Assembly (NCBI GenBank): GCA_951804945.1
Contig: OX638155.1
Span: 14,942,001 to 15,006,000, forward strand
Length of the DNA stretch: 64,000 nt
Direction of reading: 5' to 3'
Source: Podarcis cretensis
Taxonomy: Eukaryota
Positions 11,922-23,673 of the stretch are shown here, one piece after another. A program made the translations under genes and the position numbers. The first letter of the stretch is position 1, and each line of letters starts with the position of its first letter. A model generated the notes under the pieces. The model had not been told where the DNA came from. It saw nothing but the letters and a program-made list of their open reading frames with translations, and made no database searches.

Positions 11922-13071
11922 GTTGTTTAGTCGTTTAGTCGTGTCCGACTCTTCGTGACCCCATGGACCAGAGAACGCCAGGCACTCCTGTCCTCCACTG
12001 CCCCCCGCAGCTTGGTCAGACTCATGCTGGTAACCTCGAAAACACTGTCCAACCATCTCGTCCTCTGTCCCCCCCTTCTCCTTGTGCCCTCCATCTTTCC
12101 CAAAATCAGGGTCTTCTCCAGGGAGTCTTCTCTTCTCATGAGGTGGCCAAAGTACTGGAGCCTCAGCTTCACAATCTGTCCTTCCAGTGAGCACTCAGGG
12201 CTGATTTCCTTCAGAATGGAGAGATTTGATCTTCTTGCAGTCCATGGGACTCTCAAGAGTCCCCTCCAGCACCATAATTCAAAAGCATCAATACTTTGGC
12301 GATCAGCCTTCTTTATGGTCCAGCTCTCACTTCCATACATCACTACTGGAAAAACCATAGCTTTAACTATACGGACCTTTGTTGGCAAGGTGATGTCTCT
12401 ACTTCTCAAGATGCTGTCTAGGCCTGTCATTGCCCTTCTCCCAAGAAGCAGGCGTCTTTTAATTTCGTGGCTGCTGTCACCATCTGCAGTGATCATGGAG
12501 CCCAAGAAAGTAAAATCTCTCACTGCCTCCATTTCTTCCCCTTCTATTTGCCAGGAGGTGATGGGACCAGTGGCCATGATCTTCGTTTTTTTGATGTTGA
12601 GCTTCAGACCATATTTTGCACTCTCCTCTTTCACCCTCAATAAAAGGTTCTTTAATTCCTCCTCACTTTCTGCCATCAAGGTTGTGTCATCTGCATATCT
12701 GAGGTTGTTGATATTTCTTCCGGCAATCTTAATTCCGGCTAGGGATTCATCCAGCCCAGCCTTTCGCATGATGAATTCTGCATATAAGTTAAATAAGCAG
12801 GGAGACAAAATGCAGCCTTGTCGTACTCCTTTCCCAATTTTGAACCAGTCAGTTGTTCCATATCCAGTTCTAACTGTAGCTTCTTGTCCCACATAGAGAT
12901 TTCTCAGGAGACAGATGAGGTGATCAGGCACTCCCATTTCTTTAAGAACTTGCCATAGTTTGCCATGGTCGACACAGTCAAAGGCTTTTGCATAGTCAAT
13001 GAAGCAGAAGTAAATGTCTTTCTGGAACTCTCTAGCTTTCTCCATAATCCAGCGCATGTTTGCAATTTGGT
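11922..13071 (-). mobile_element. BovB LINE, 5'-truncated, uninterrupted RT C-terminal frame (376 aa)
   Basis: ORF 13057-11927 with FIDYAKAFD, GVRQGCILSP and YADD motifs; TSD CTCTAAGAGTCT at 11910-11921 and 13072-13083; short CAA-type tail. Confidence 0.96.
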
Positions 13072-13403
13072 CTCTAAGAGTCTAGGTAGCTGAAATTGTT
13101 TAAAGAGTTTGGGGAATAAAGACAGCCAAGCAAATTAAAACTTTTTTTTTAACAGAGAAATTAACTGATTAAGAAATCCAATTAATCATATTTTCTGATC
13201 CCTTGTCCCCAATGTTCCTTCTCCCCAGCATCACTATCAAAAAAGAAAAAAAAAAAAAACCTTTAAAAAAACAAGACTTTTCTGGCATGAGTATTCCAGA
13301 GTTGGTTTCTGTTAGGGCTGGTTAACAGGCAGAAGAAGACTTTGGGCGCCCCAAGAAAATTTGCAATGGTTTTTCGTCTTTCCCTTTTTCAAGTTTTAAA
13401 TTA

Positions 13404-13808
13404 CTGTACTTTTCCATGTATAAGACGAGTTGTTTTTTTAAATAAAAAAGTATGTTAAAAAATTGGGGTCGTCTTATACGTGGATTGTCAGTGGCTATTT
13501 GGTGTGTTATTGGTGACTTTGTCAAGGGCTTGTGTTGACTGGCTGTCGCTGCGGCAATAGGGCGGGCGATTGGCGGCTTCTGACAGACGATAGGTGGGTT
13601 TTGCGACAAGTATGAGTGGCAGTGTAGGTCAGGCTGGTGAGCGATTTTTGGCAATCCCCCCTAAAAAAAAACTCAACAACTCTGGGCCACCCCCTGCAAG
13701 AAAAAGCTCAACAATGCTGAGCAATCTCCCCCCATTTTCTTAATTTGGAGTCCCCCAAAATAGGGGGTGTTTTATACACGGCGACGTGTTATACACGGAA
13801 AAATACGG
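13404..13808. mobile_element. Tc1/mariner-type (Tc2-like, CCGTA termini) MITE
   Basis: TA-CTGTACTTTCCATGTATAAGACG ... CGTGTTATACACGGAAAAATACGG-TA. Confidence 0.72.
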
Positions 13809-14087
13809 TAAATCATTCAAATTCAAGTGAGCATATCGGATCCAGTCCATACCATCTACTCTCAAGAGTATGTTATTGAAAATGCACCCACAGAGCACCC
13901 ACGATGGTGATCTGTATGGCTATCTCTATGTAGCTTCTTTGGAGTGGTTGGTTATTTACCAGAGAAGGCGGGAGGTTGTAAGGTGGGGGTCTGAGTTCAG
14001 TCCCACGTCCAGAGTGGTGAGTAAAATCAGAAAGTGCTTAACTGGAGTTGGTAAGAAGCCCCTGCAAAGATCTCATAGAATCCATCC

Positions 14088-14335
14088 ATAATAAATTGGG
14101 AAAAAAATGTTTAAAAGTACTTTTCCAAAAAAACAACAACCCAGAGTCTGTTTCATTGGGGATAATTCAGACTGAAATTCCCAGCTGCCAAAAAAGGTTA
14201 TTTATGTATGCTATTACTGCGGCCCATGTTTTGTTAGCCCAGAAATGGAAAACAAGCGAGGTCCCAACTAAAGAAGGACATTGGCAACTTAAGCTGACAC
14301 ATTATGCGCAGCTTGCAGACTTAACATATAGAATA
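14088..14335 (+). mobile_element. L1-like ORF2 C-terminal fragment
   Basis: PESVSLGII...LFMYAITAAHVLLAQKWKTSEVPTKEGHWQLKL is homologous to LLAQRWKEDKVPTREEWQIKL at 40214-40402. Confidence 0.75.
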
Positions 14336-14622
14336 ATTCTCATGGGGATCTGGTGGCCACTGTGAGAACAGGGTGCTGGACTAGATGGGTCACTACTAGG
14401 CTCTTTTGGGTGTTTTTGTTTTATTGTGAAGTGGGGACACTGCCCTCCATTAGGGCATCACTGTCAAGATGCTCAGTGAACTGATACAAAAATAGGGCAT
14501 GACTTTTCTAGATGGTTCAATAAATTCAGTATTTGGTGAAACTCCCAAGCTTTGTTCTTAAAAGCTTTCTCCTAGTCTTCTTCTTAGGTTAGTCTTGTTT
14601 CATACCATTATTGCAGCTTGTA

Positions 14623-14991
14623 AAGGTAAAGGACCCCTGGACAGTTAAGTCCAGTCAAAGGCGACCATGGGGTTGTGGCGCTCATCTCGCTTTCAGGCCG
14701 AGGGAGCTGGCGTTTGTCCTCAGATAGCTTTCCGGGTCATGTAGCATGACTAAACCACTTCTGGTGAAATGGAACACCACAACGGAAGCCAGAGCAGCAC
14801 ACAGAAATGCCGTTTACCTTCCCGCCACACCAGTACCTATTTGTCTACTTGCACTGGTGTGCTTTGGAACTGCTAGGTTGGCAGGAGCTGGGACCGAGCA
14901 ATGGGAGCTCACTTCGTCACAGGGATTGGAACTGCCAACCTTCCAATCCGCAAGCCCCAGGCTCAGTGGTTTAGACCACAGCGCCACTCAC
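14623..14991 (-). mobile_element. Sauria SINE (8356-type subfamily)
   Basis: AAGGTAAAGG tail and conserved body; TSD GCTTGTA at 14616-14622 and 14992-14998. Confidence 0.9.
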
Positions 14992-15015
14992 GCTTGTACC
15001 CAACAGTGAACTGAT

Positions 15016-15120
15016 TAGGGTTGCCAGATTTCTAGAAGTAAAATTGAGCTTTTGGGGGAAATGAAATTCAAAGTTATTGAACTTTTTAAAGGAAAAAATT
15101 CTGGATGTATGGCAACCCTT
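15016..15120. mobile_element. hAT-type MITE (TAGGGTTGCCA termini)
   Basis: TAGGGTTGCCA ... TGGCAACCCTT; flanks GAACTGAT/GTACTGAT (7/8). Confidence 0.72.
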
Positions 15121-15890
15121 GTACTGATGGGATATTAAGAATTACAGTGTTAGTGGCTCACTTTTGAAATGTACATAGGATTAGCATTGATTTCATATAC
15201 CTAAAGGAGATTATAGCTTTATAGATCTTAACCTTTTCCTTTTAGTTGTCTGAAAAGCTTTGAAGACCACCATAGATGGGTTAAATATTTTTGCTGATAG
15301 TTTTAGTTGCTCTGGCGTGGCTGCACATGCATGGGTGCCGCATTCATTCACATAAAACAACAACAGGAGATTCAGCTATGTAGGTGAAGGAATGTATGCT
15401 TGAGTTTGGCCGCTGAAATGCTTCATTGATGGAACAGAAATATTAGTTCATTGACTATATTTCTATCCTGGTTTTTGCAGGTGGGCAGCGAGTTTGCCTC
15501 TCAGAACGGCTTATGACAATCCAAGCGCTAAAATGCATCTTAAAAAAATTATAAAATACCCAACAGTAGTAGCAAATCAACAGTAATAAAAGAGGAAAGA
15601 TTGGGATCTGACTGGTTTAAAACAGTGAAGATAAATGTTCATCTGCTGTGAGTTCTTGGACATCACAGAATGGTTTCTCTGCTTTTTCAGGCTTGGCTTC
15701 TTAGGGGATCCTCATTTTGAGCATCGACTCACCTGTCTTTCAGCGGAAGTGACTAGTATTTCAGAGAGTTGAGTGTAGCACCCTTGAAGTATAGCTTCTC
15801 AATTGCGATTGCACCTTTCTTCTCTGAAATAGAGATTTGACATGAGATGTGACGAGTAAGTTTTAGAAATGAGTCCTTGGAAAGTGCATG

Positions 15891-16115
15891 CAGTCATACC
15901 TCGGGTTAAAGACGCTTCAGGTTGCATCCTGCGGCGACTCAGAAGTAACGGAACAGGTTACTTCCGGGTTTCGCCGCTCATGCTTGCGCAGACGCTCAAA
16001 ATGATGCCATGCGCAGAAGCAGCAAATCGTGACACGCGCAGACAAGGGTTGCATTCTGCTCAGGTTGCAAATGGGGTTCCGGAACGGATCCCGTTTGCAA
16101 CCAGAGGTACCACTG
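15891..16115. mobile_element. Tc1/mariner-type MITE, CpG-rich family B
   Basis: CAGTCATACCTCGGGTT ... AACCAGAGGTACCACTG-TA; interior related to the 20966 copy. Confidence 0.75.
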
Positions 16116-16240
16116 TAGTTCAAAAAGCAGCCAGACCCCTGAAATGGAGGGTAGAGGAAAAGCCCATGCACAGTTGTTGTTGTTGTTGTTGTTGTTGTTT
16201 TTAAAAAACAAAACAAAACCAGAGGCCAGTCCATCTAGTG

Positions 16241-16376
16241 TAGGCATAGGCAAAGTCGGCCCACCAGATGTTTTGGGACTACAACTCCCATCATCCCTGA
16301 CCGCTGGTCCTGTTAGCTAGGGATGATGGGAGTTGTAGTCCCAAAACATCTGGAGGGCCGACTTTGCCTATGCCTG
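16241..16376. mobile_element. hAT-type palindromic MITE
   Basis: TAGGCATAGGCAAAGTCGGCCC ... GGGCCGACTTTGCCTATGCCTG; perfect 8-bp TSD ATCTAGTG. Confidence 0.88.
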
Positions 16377-17164
16377 ATCTAGTGCCTAGAGTGGATTGCT
16401 GCTTCCATGCTCTTTTTGTTCCTCCAAACTTTGGGCTTGGGAGGACAGTTTTGCAGGTGATAGAACTTGAAAGAGGAGAAGCCAGCCAAAGGGGTGAAAA
16501 ACAAACAGGATATATGCTATAATATTGTATGGGAGCAGAACAAAAACATCTGTAAAGTGATGGGCAAGGGGATTATCCATGCTTCCTCCAGGTGCTTCCC
16601 TGTGCTCAAATCCTCCTGAGATGGCAAGGCAAATGGACAAAAGAATTATTATTTCCTTGGACTTTTATGTCCGGTAACATTACTGTTGTGAAATATGGAC
16701 ACAGTGTGTAGAACGAAGCTTAGAGGGCAGTTTATTCCATTTTCACGACTTTTCCCCAGCCTAGCTGTTAAGTTCCCTATTGTATTTGAGGTTTCACGTG
16801 ACGTAAAAGCCACTTCTGGAACTGTAGTGCTCATTTCCTTGTTACTTGCTTCCAGAAGCAACCTATTTGCAAATTGTACAGACATGCGTGCTAAACATAT
16901 TCCACTGTAGTTGCAGATAAAATGTGGAAATTGGAATAAACTGGCATGTGAATGCAGCCTTAGAAAATACTGCCTGGAGCGGCTGCACTGCATTGTAGGG
17001 CTCTCTTAGCCAAATCTTTTGCAGGATGCTTAAGGAATTATTATACCTGCATTTAATGGTAGATAAGAATGTCATACTAGAATGTTAAAATTGCTTATAG
17101 AGAACAGATATGGGTGTATGAAGGCATACTTTTTGTGATTTTTAAAAATGTACGTGATGTTCAA

Positions 17165-17594
17165 GGTTATATGCATTGAACGGCTCAGGACTGCAATACC
17201 TCAAGGACCTCCTCTTTCCATATGAACCTACCTGGACCCTGAGATCATCTTCTGAGTCCCTCCTTTGTGTGCCTCCTCCTCCAAAGGTAGCAACATGAGA
17301 AAGGGCCTTCTCTGCAGTGGCTCCCCGTCTGTGGAATGTTCTCCCCAGGGAAGTTTGCCTGGTGCCTTCATTATACACCTTTTTAACCACGCCTTTGGTT
17401 GATCTGATTGACATCCTATGCCCTTTTAAAATAAGTTTTTTTGTGAGGAGGGGCTATTGGGTTGCTGTTTTTATTTTGATTGTATATTTTGTGGTTTTAT
17501 ATTCTGATTTTGTTCTGTGAACAGCCCTGAGACCTCCCCTCCCTGGGTATAGGACGGTATATAAATTCAATAAATGATAATAAAATGATAATAA
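17165..17594 (+). mobile_element. L2 LINE 3' fragment (older)
   Basis: APRLWNVLPREV C-terminal motif; GGACGGTATATAAAT followed by an AAT-rich tail. Confidence 0.7.
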
Positions 17595-18877
17595 CGGGGG
17601 TGGGGACGAAGTATCAAATAAGATCAAAGTTTGGATCGCTTACGGGGGGGGGGGAGTGTGTTGCCTAAAAGTATTATTCCTTGCCTACAGTGGGGTTTAT
17701 TATCTTGGCTATTTATAGCGGAGAGTTTGTTATCTGTGACATTTGTGGTTTGCGAGGATAAACAGAAAAGAAGCATTGCAAAAATGGGCAGTTCTCGCCA
17801 CACTCATGAAGCAAATTAGTTGTTTCATTGTTCCTGCGGAAATCGTGTCTCCCTGTTAAATTCAGGCTTGTCAAAGCATAAACGACTGTGCTTTGTTAGG
17901 TCAGGTAGGAACGACGTGAAGCCCAGTTCATGAATCGATACGGTTCAAGAGTCGGCATGGAATAATGAGAGAATAATTTCCCTCCCGTGTGCTGCGTGCA
18001 AGCGGGATTCAAATAAGGGAGCTCTTTCTGAGCTCCCCAGCTCGGATCTCGGCTGCGCTGCCTTGCTCTCTTGCAAATCCGGCGAATACTGCAGGCATTG
18101 CAGTGGCAGCAGGAGCTGCAGACTGCCCTGATTTTGAAAAGATGACATCATCTCTATTAATGTGCGGTGCTGAGGTTGCTGGAGGGAGAGATGCCGAGCC
18201 AGTGTGTGAGTAGAGATGGATGCAGATATTTATGGATCTGTACACGCATGCAGCAATTTTCAGAAACCCTCCTTGTTCAGACCTCAGCTATAGATGTTCT
18301 GGGGTTATTTACTTTAAAAAAACAACAACCTTGTAAATGGCTGGTGCTTGGTGTGAATTTCATGGCACACTTAGAGGGGGGAAAGAGGCACAATTTGTTT
18401 CTGGGTAAATAACCAACAATGAAATGCGGACTACTTTATTTGGTAATTGTTCTTGCTCACCTGGACTGGAATCCATGCTGGAGGGAATCATTTTAAGGCA
18501 ACCTTTTAAAAGACATGGAGTGTTGATATATTTATTTTATTGTTGGAATTTAATCAAAGGGCATCCACAAAACCACCCCCTCCTTTCCCCTTCAGCATGT
18601 GTAGAACATGTTAATTTGGCCATAAATGGGTATTCTTGTATTTTATTAAGGCATTCCTCAAGAGTTGGGAGATACTGATTTCTTTGGATATCTGGAATAA
18701 ACGAGCTATATACTTAAAAAGGAGGGATGGGGACCGGGACTTACATGCTTTTACCAAATGTAAAAAGCTGGTCAGAAGAATTGCCCACAAAAATGCAAGT
18801 ATGGAAAAGCTGGCTGCCTCCCAGAACAAAGGAAGCTGAGAGGGGGAATGGAATTAACTGAGAGTAATGCAGTAGGG

Positions 18878-19240
18878 GGGACGCAGGTGGCGCTGTGGGT
18901 TAAAGCCTCAGCGCCTAGGGCTTGCCGATCGAAAGGTCGGCGGTTCGAATCCCTGCGGTGGGGTGCGCTCCCGCTGCTCGGTCCCAGCGCCTGCCAACCT
19001 AGCAGTTCGAAAGCACCTCCGGGTGCAAGTAGATAAATAGGGACCGCTTACCAGCGGGAAGGTAAACGGCGTTTCCGTGTGCGGCTCTGGCTCGCCAGAG
19101 CAGCGATGTCACGCTGGCCACGTGACCCGGAAGTGTCTCCGGACAGCGCTGGCCCCTGGCCTCTTAAGTGAGATGGGCGCACAACCCCAGAGTCTGTCAA
19201 GACTGGCCGTAGGGGCAGGGGTACCTTTACCTTTACCTTT
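18878..19240 (+). mobile_element. Sauria SINE, distinct CpG-rich subfamily
   Basis: Boxes A/B and (ACCTTT)3 tail, divergent interior; TSD TAATGCAGTAGGG at 18865-18877 and 19241-19253. Confidence 0.92.
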
Positions 19241-19472
19241 TAATGCAGTAGGGAGGAGAGAGGTGTGTAGATTTAAAGCTCGTTGGTTTGCTACTGACCA
19301 TCCTCTCTGGGTCCAACTCCAGATAGTTGGGTGGAAAGTCTGAAGGTTAGGGGATGGTGCAGATGATGCATTTGTGTGTGTCTCCCCCCCCCCCAATGAT
19401 TTTCAAAGTATTTCCAGCGGAAAAGTCTGAAATTGTTTTGTGTGTTGCAGAAACGTATGTCATTCTGGGGTA

Positions 19473-19550
19473 CAGTGGTACCTCGGGTTAAGAACTTAAT
19501 TCATTCTGGAGGTCCTTTCTTAACCTGAAACTGTTCTTAGCCTGAGGTAC
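19473..19550. mobile_element. Tc1/mariner-type MITE family A, short derivative interrupted by a SINE
   Basis: TA-CAGTGGTACCTCGGGTTAAG...CCTGAGGTAC abuts the SINE directly. Confidence 0.75.
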
Positions 19551-19888
19551 TGTGGGTTAAACCACAGAGCCTAGGGCTTGCCGATCAGAAGGTCGGCGGT
19601 TCGAATCCCCGTGACAGGGTGAGCTCCCGTTGCTCGGTCCCTTCTCCTACCAACCTAGCAGTTTGAAAGCACGTCAAAGTGCAAGTAGATAAATAGGTAC
19701 CGCTTTGGCGGGAAGGTAAATGGCGTTTCTGTGTGCTGCTCTGGTTCGCCAGAAGCGGCTTAGTCCTGCTGGCCACATGACCCGGAAGCTGTACGCCGGC
19801 TCCCTCGGCCAATAAAGTGAGATGAGCACCGCGACCCCAGAGTCGGTCACGACTGGACCTAATGGTCAGGGGTCCCTTTACCTTTTAC
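19551..19888 (+). mobile_element. Sauria SINE, slightly 5'-truncated
   Basis: Starts TGTGGGTTAAACC; box B; CCTTTACCTTTTAC tail. Confidence 0.9.
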
Positions 19889-20693
19889 CTGTACATGTGG
19901 GAAACTCCCAGGCTCCTTCGCTCACTATTTCAGGGCACCTGGAATGTGAGAGGCAACGCCTCATAAAAGATATTACATGGTGCAGGATTCGTACAAAGTC
20001 AGTCTGGATTGGATCAATTTTAAATCATCGGCAATTTCCATCCGCTTCTCACATTTCCAAACTCATACATTATCCCAACAAGCATGAGTACTAATTGGCC
20101 GCTAGAAGAGTTGAAATCTATTTTCTTGCAGCTAAATAAAGCATGGGTAGCTACCAAGGAGCATAATTCGGAACATCTGGCCGTGTTGCCCGTTTCCCTT
20201 TTGTGTCTTGGAATGAATGTGTGTTGGAATTGATGAATTGATATAGAATGATGCTGTTGCTATGCAAGCACTCTCCCCATCATAGGTGAGGCCTTGTGCA
20301 GGGCTCAGGCCGGCAGCTATAAGACAGCCGAGCTTTGATGTTGCTTTGACGGAGCAGCAGTCCTCTCCTTGTTGCCAGCTCCACCTTTACTGAAAGGTGT
20401 CCCTTCAGTTAGAGGAGCCCAGCTTGCTCCAGCAGTCATGTATGTTAACAGAGTGAGGGAGATCCTGGTGGCAGTGGGGCTTCTAAGATGGAGTCCTCTG
20501 AGGGACGGCAGTGTGACATCCTTGGGCCAGAGGGGTGCACTAATATCATAGGCTCAACTCGCAGATGTGGCCGCCGAGATCATATAACACTGGTCCTGAA
20601 AGATCTTCATTGGCTCCCAGTAGGTTTCCAAGCACAATTCAAAGTGCTGGTGCTGATTTTCAAAGCTCTAAATAGCCTTGGCCTAGTATACCT

Positions 20694-20767
20694 TTTTTTT
20701 CAAAAAATAATTTTTTATTAATTTTCCAACAGAATTATACATTTTTATCCAAATTTTAACAAAATAA
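20694..20767 (-). mobile_element. Very short polyadenylated (L1-type) retro-insertion
   Basis: Poly-T plus TTTATT; 18-bp TSD CCTYGGCCYAGTATACCT at 20676-20693 and 20768-20785; absent from the other L2 copy. Confidence 0.75.
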
Positions 20768-20965
20768 CCTCGGCCCAGTATACCTGAAGGAGCGTCTCCA
20801 CCCCCATCGCTCAGCCCGGACACTGAGGTCCAGCTCTGAGGGCCTTCTGAATGTTCCCTCCCTGCGAGAAGTGAGGTTACAGGGAACCAGGCAGAGGGCC
20901 TTCTTGGTAGTGGCGCCCGCCCTGTGGAACACCCTCCCATCAGATGTCAAGGAAAGAAACAACTA

Positions 20966-21213
20966 CAGTGGTACCTCTAGTTGCGTTCCACTCTTGTTAC
21001 GGACTTTCAGCTTACGAACGCGGCAAACCCAGAAGTGTTTGCTTCCTGGTTTGCCACGCACACATGTGCAGAAGCGATCTGCACGCTTCGTGCATGCGCA
21101 GACGCTCTCAGTCGTGCCGCACACATGCACGGAAGAGGCGCTCTAGTTGCGGACTTTTTGGGGTGTGAATGGCACTCCAAAAGGGAATAAGTCCACGACT
21201 AGAGGTACCAGTG
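20966..21213. mobile_element. Tc1/mariner-type MITE (family B-like) nested in L2
   Basis: TA-CAGTGGTACCTCTAGT ... ACTAGAGGTACCAGTG-TA. Confidence 0.82.
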
Positions 21214-22604
21214 TACTTGGCTTTTAGAAGACATCTGAAGGCAGCCCTGTTTAGGGAAGTTTTTAATGTTTGATATTTTATTGTGTTTTTAATACTCCGT
21301 TGGGAGCTGCCCAGAGTGGCTGGGGAGGCCCAGCCAGATGGGAGGGGTATAAATAATTCATCATCATCATCATCATCATCAGGGGATTGCCCCGCATGCA
21401 GTTCCCCTTCTGACATTAGTCCTTAGTTTCATTCCCTGAAGAAAGGCAGTCTGCTTCCAGGATCATGACATGCACAAGGCAGCTTACAAAAGAGGTGAAC
21501 TGTACAACCTTAACACCAAACAAATTAACAAGCAAGCAGAGGTTTTAAAAAGCAAATCACACAACAGAAGATTGAGGGTGATGGGATTGCACTCTCCTCC
21601 CCTTCCCTAGTTTATCCTGCCAGCCATAACCAGCACTGTTTGTTTACGGAAGTAAATGTGAGATTAAGAGGTTGTGTTTTGCCATTCTATAGGTATCTAA
21701 GGACACTAAGCAAGATCACTTACTCGCAGACTAAAGGACCGAAAGTTTGCATGAGGAAAGGCTGTTGGTTAACTGGGCAGTATAATGTGCCTGTCGTGAA
21801 AAATAAAATGTCCACGTTGTTTTGGATAATGATTTTAATCAATTATCTGCACTTTCTGGAAACAGTTGAAGACATTTTGTTCTGACAAGCTTGCCCAGCT
21901 GGATAAAAGAGTTTTTACCACCAGGGTTTTAGTCTTGCTTTAAATATACTTGTGTTTTAACTGTTATTAATTATCTTCCCTGTAAATTGCATTGAGAAGG
22001 TGATTTATAAGGGAATTAATAAATGTAATTATAATAATAAATAACAATTTTGCAGCCTACCCTGAAGAGTGTCACACTGTCTTCATTGGTGTTTAGCTCC
22101 TATTAAGTGTGTTTTTGGATTGCAGCCTAAATATTTGCAGCACAATGATAAATACGTGGCAATACTTATTGTGTCATACTTATAGTGCTTGACCTCTCGG
22201 CTCATATTTTGGACCTGTTTATGTTCTCTTACGGGCTTTTAACTCAAATATATGTGAGAGGATAATGGACTCAGATTTAAGATTTTATAACTGCAGTTGT
22301 TAGAGTATGCTTTTTTGCATGTGGATGACATTTAAACTAAGCTGTTTTTTTAAAAAATCTGATTTTAGGGCTGCTGTTCTACTACAGCTGCATTGAATAG
22401 GGTAGAGTTTTTCATGGGGAGCTGTCCAATAAGCAGTCTTCTTCGCTCTCCGCAGTGTAATATGAAATGGTACAATCCATAAAAAAAGCTATACCATAGT
22501 CCCAGAAACTTTTGTCTTTGTTGAATATGTATAGCTCAGTTGTCTTCTGGGAAACGCATATTGATTTTAAAGCCAAATAACCTCCATATTATTTATTTCT
22601 TCAG

Positions 22605-22679
22605 GATTTCGTAAAAATGATGAAATGAAAGCTATGGAAGTCCTGCCAATCTTGAAGGAGAAAGTTGCATACCTGTCAG
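22605..22679 (+). CDS. TRIO: TRIO coding exon (human exon 2 equivalent), start of Sec14/CRAL-TRIO domain
   Basis: Acceptor tttcttcag|GATTTCGT, donor TCAG|gtaagg; 75 nt, phase 1-1; encodes (G)FRKNDEMKAMEVLPILKEKVAYLS(G), matching the TRIO N-terminus as recalled. Confidence 0.97.
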
Positions 22680-22936
22680 GTAAGGCGATGCATTTTGTGT
22701 ACAACCCTGATCTGTATTTCATGGATATTTATTCAGTGCTCACCAGCAACACAATGTTGTCCATTTTTACAGTTGAATTTACCTGCATGGGAATGTGTGT
22801 TGGGCTTGCAGTCTAGGACATGAATGAGGTGTTGGCGGCAATATAAAATATAAGATACTTTGAAGAAAAACTTAACCAGGTTTTTCTCAAGTCGTTCTCC
22901 TTTCCATGTAAATAACAGAAGTGTTTAATTTGTATA

Positions 22937-23113
22937 CATCGGAACCTCAGTTTTCAAAAATAATCTGTTCGAAATGTAATCCGTTCAAAAACCCAAGGAT
23001 CAGTGGGCGGTCGGCAGAATCCATTGAAAATGGAAGCAATTACTTCCGGGTTTTCGGCGTTCATGTTCCGAATTGTTCGACTTCTGAAACGTTCAGAAAC
23101 CGGAGTTCCACTG
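22937..23113. mobile_element. Tc1/mariner-type MITE, degenerate
   Basis: TA-CATCGGAACCTCAGTTTTC ... GAAACCGGAGTTCCACTG-TA. Confidence 0.62.
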
Positions 23114-23364
23114 TATAAGCAGTTCAAACAACTTCATATCTTTAGAAATGTTGTCCTGTTTTTAAATTTACCTATCTAACAAATATTATTTGTCTTTCTT
23201 TGTTTTGAGGTAGGGGGTGCATTTCAAATACTCATTTAAGAGTGGATCACTCCTGCATAAAATTGCTCAGGAATTTTTAACTTAAAAAAAGGATATATAT
23301 TTTTCGTTTCTCCCGATATATATACTCCATAGTGCTACCTCTGAGAATGTCCGTTTGGGGTAGC

Positions 23365-23512
23365 CATTAGGGTTTTAGACTGGAACCTGGGAGACCAGGG
23401 TTTGAATCTCCACTCAGCCACTGGGTGACCCAGAGCTAGTCTGGGTATCTCAGCCTAACCCTATGGGGAAACATCTTGAGCTCCTTAGAGGAAAAGAAGG
23501 GTGTAAATGTAA
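23365..23512 (+). mobile_element. Old tRNA-derived CORE-type SINE remnant (Ther1/Squam3-like)
   Basis: Box B-like GGGTTTGAATCTCC, CTGGGTGACC core, TCTCAGCCTAACC and an L2-type tail. Confidence 0.55.
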
Positions 23513-23673
23513 TGAACTGTTCTTCATTCCTCTGAATCTTCTCTTTTTGAGAGAGGTTAATAGGACAGTCTCTTCTGTATTCATTTGTTGTCTTGGGCTT
23601 ATTAATCCAAGAGCCAGGTGAGACATCCTAAACAGTTTCTAATGGGTTTGCCTTACTGGTAAAAAAGAAAGAA

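Larger units (their letters stand above)
20560..21381 (+). mobile_element. L2 LINE 3' fragment hosting two nested insertions
   Basis: DHITLVLKDLHWLPVGFQAQFKVLVLIFKALN and RQRAFLVVAPALWNTLP; (TCA)n tail; colinear with the 3' part of 46652-47563. Confidence 0.88.

Noticed and set aside
11955-12896. 313-aa plus-strand ORF (also 1892..2371 and 44637..45233)
   Set aside because: Antisense shadow of the BovB RT frame; no independent domain or splice evidence.
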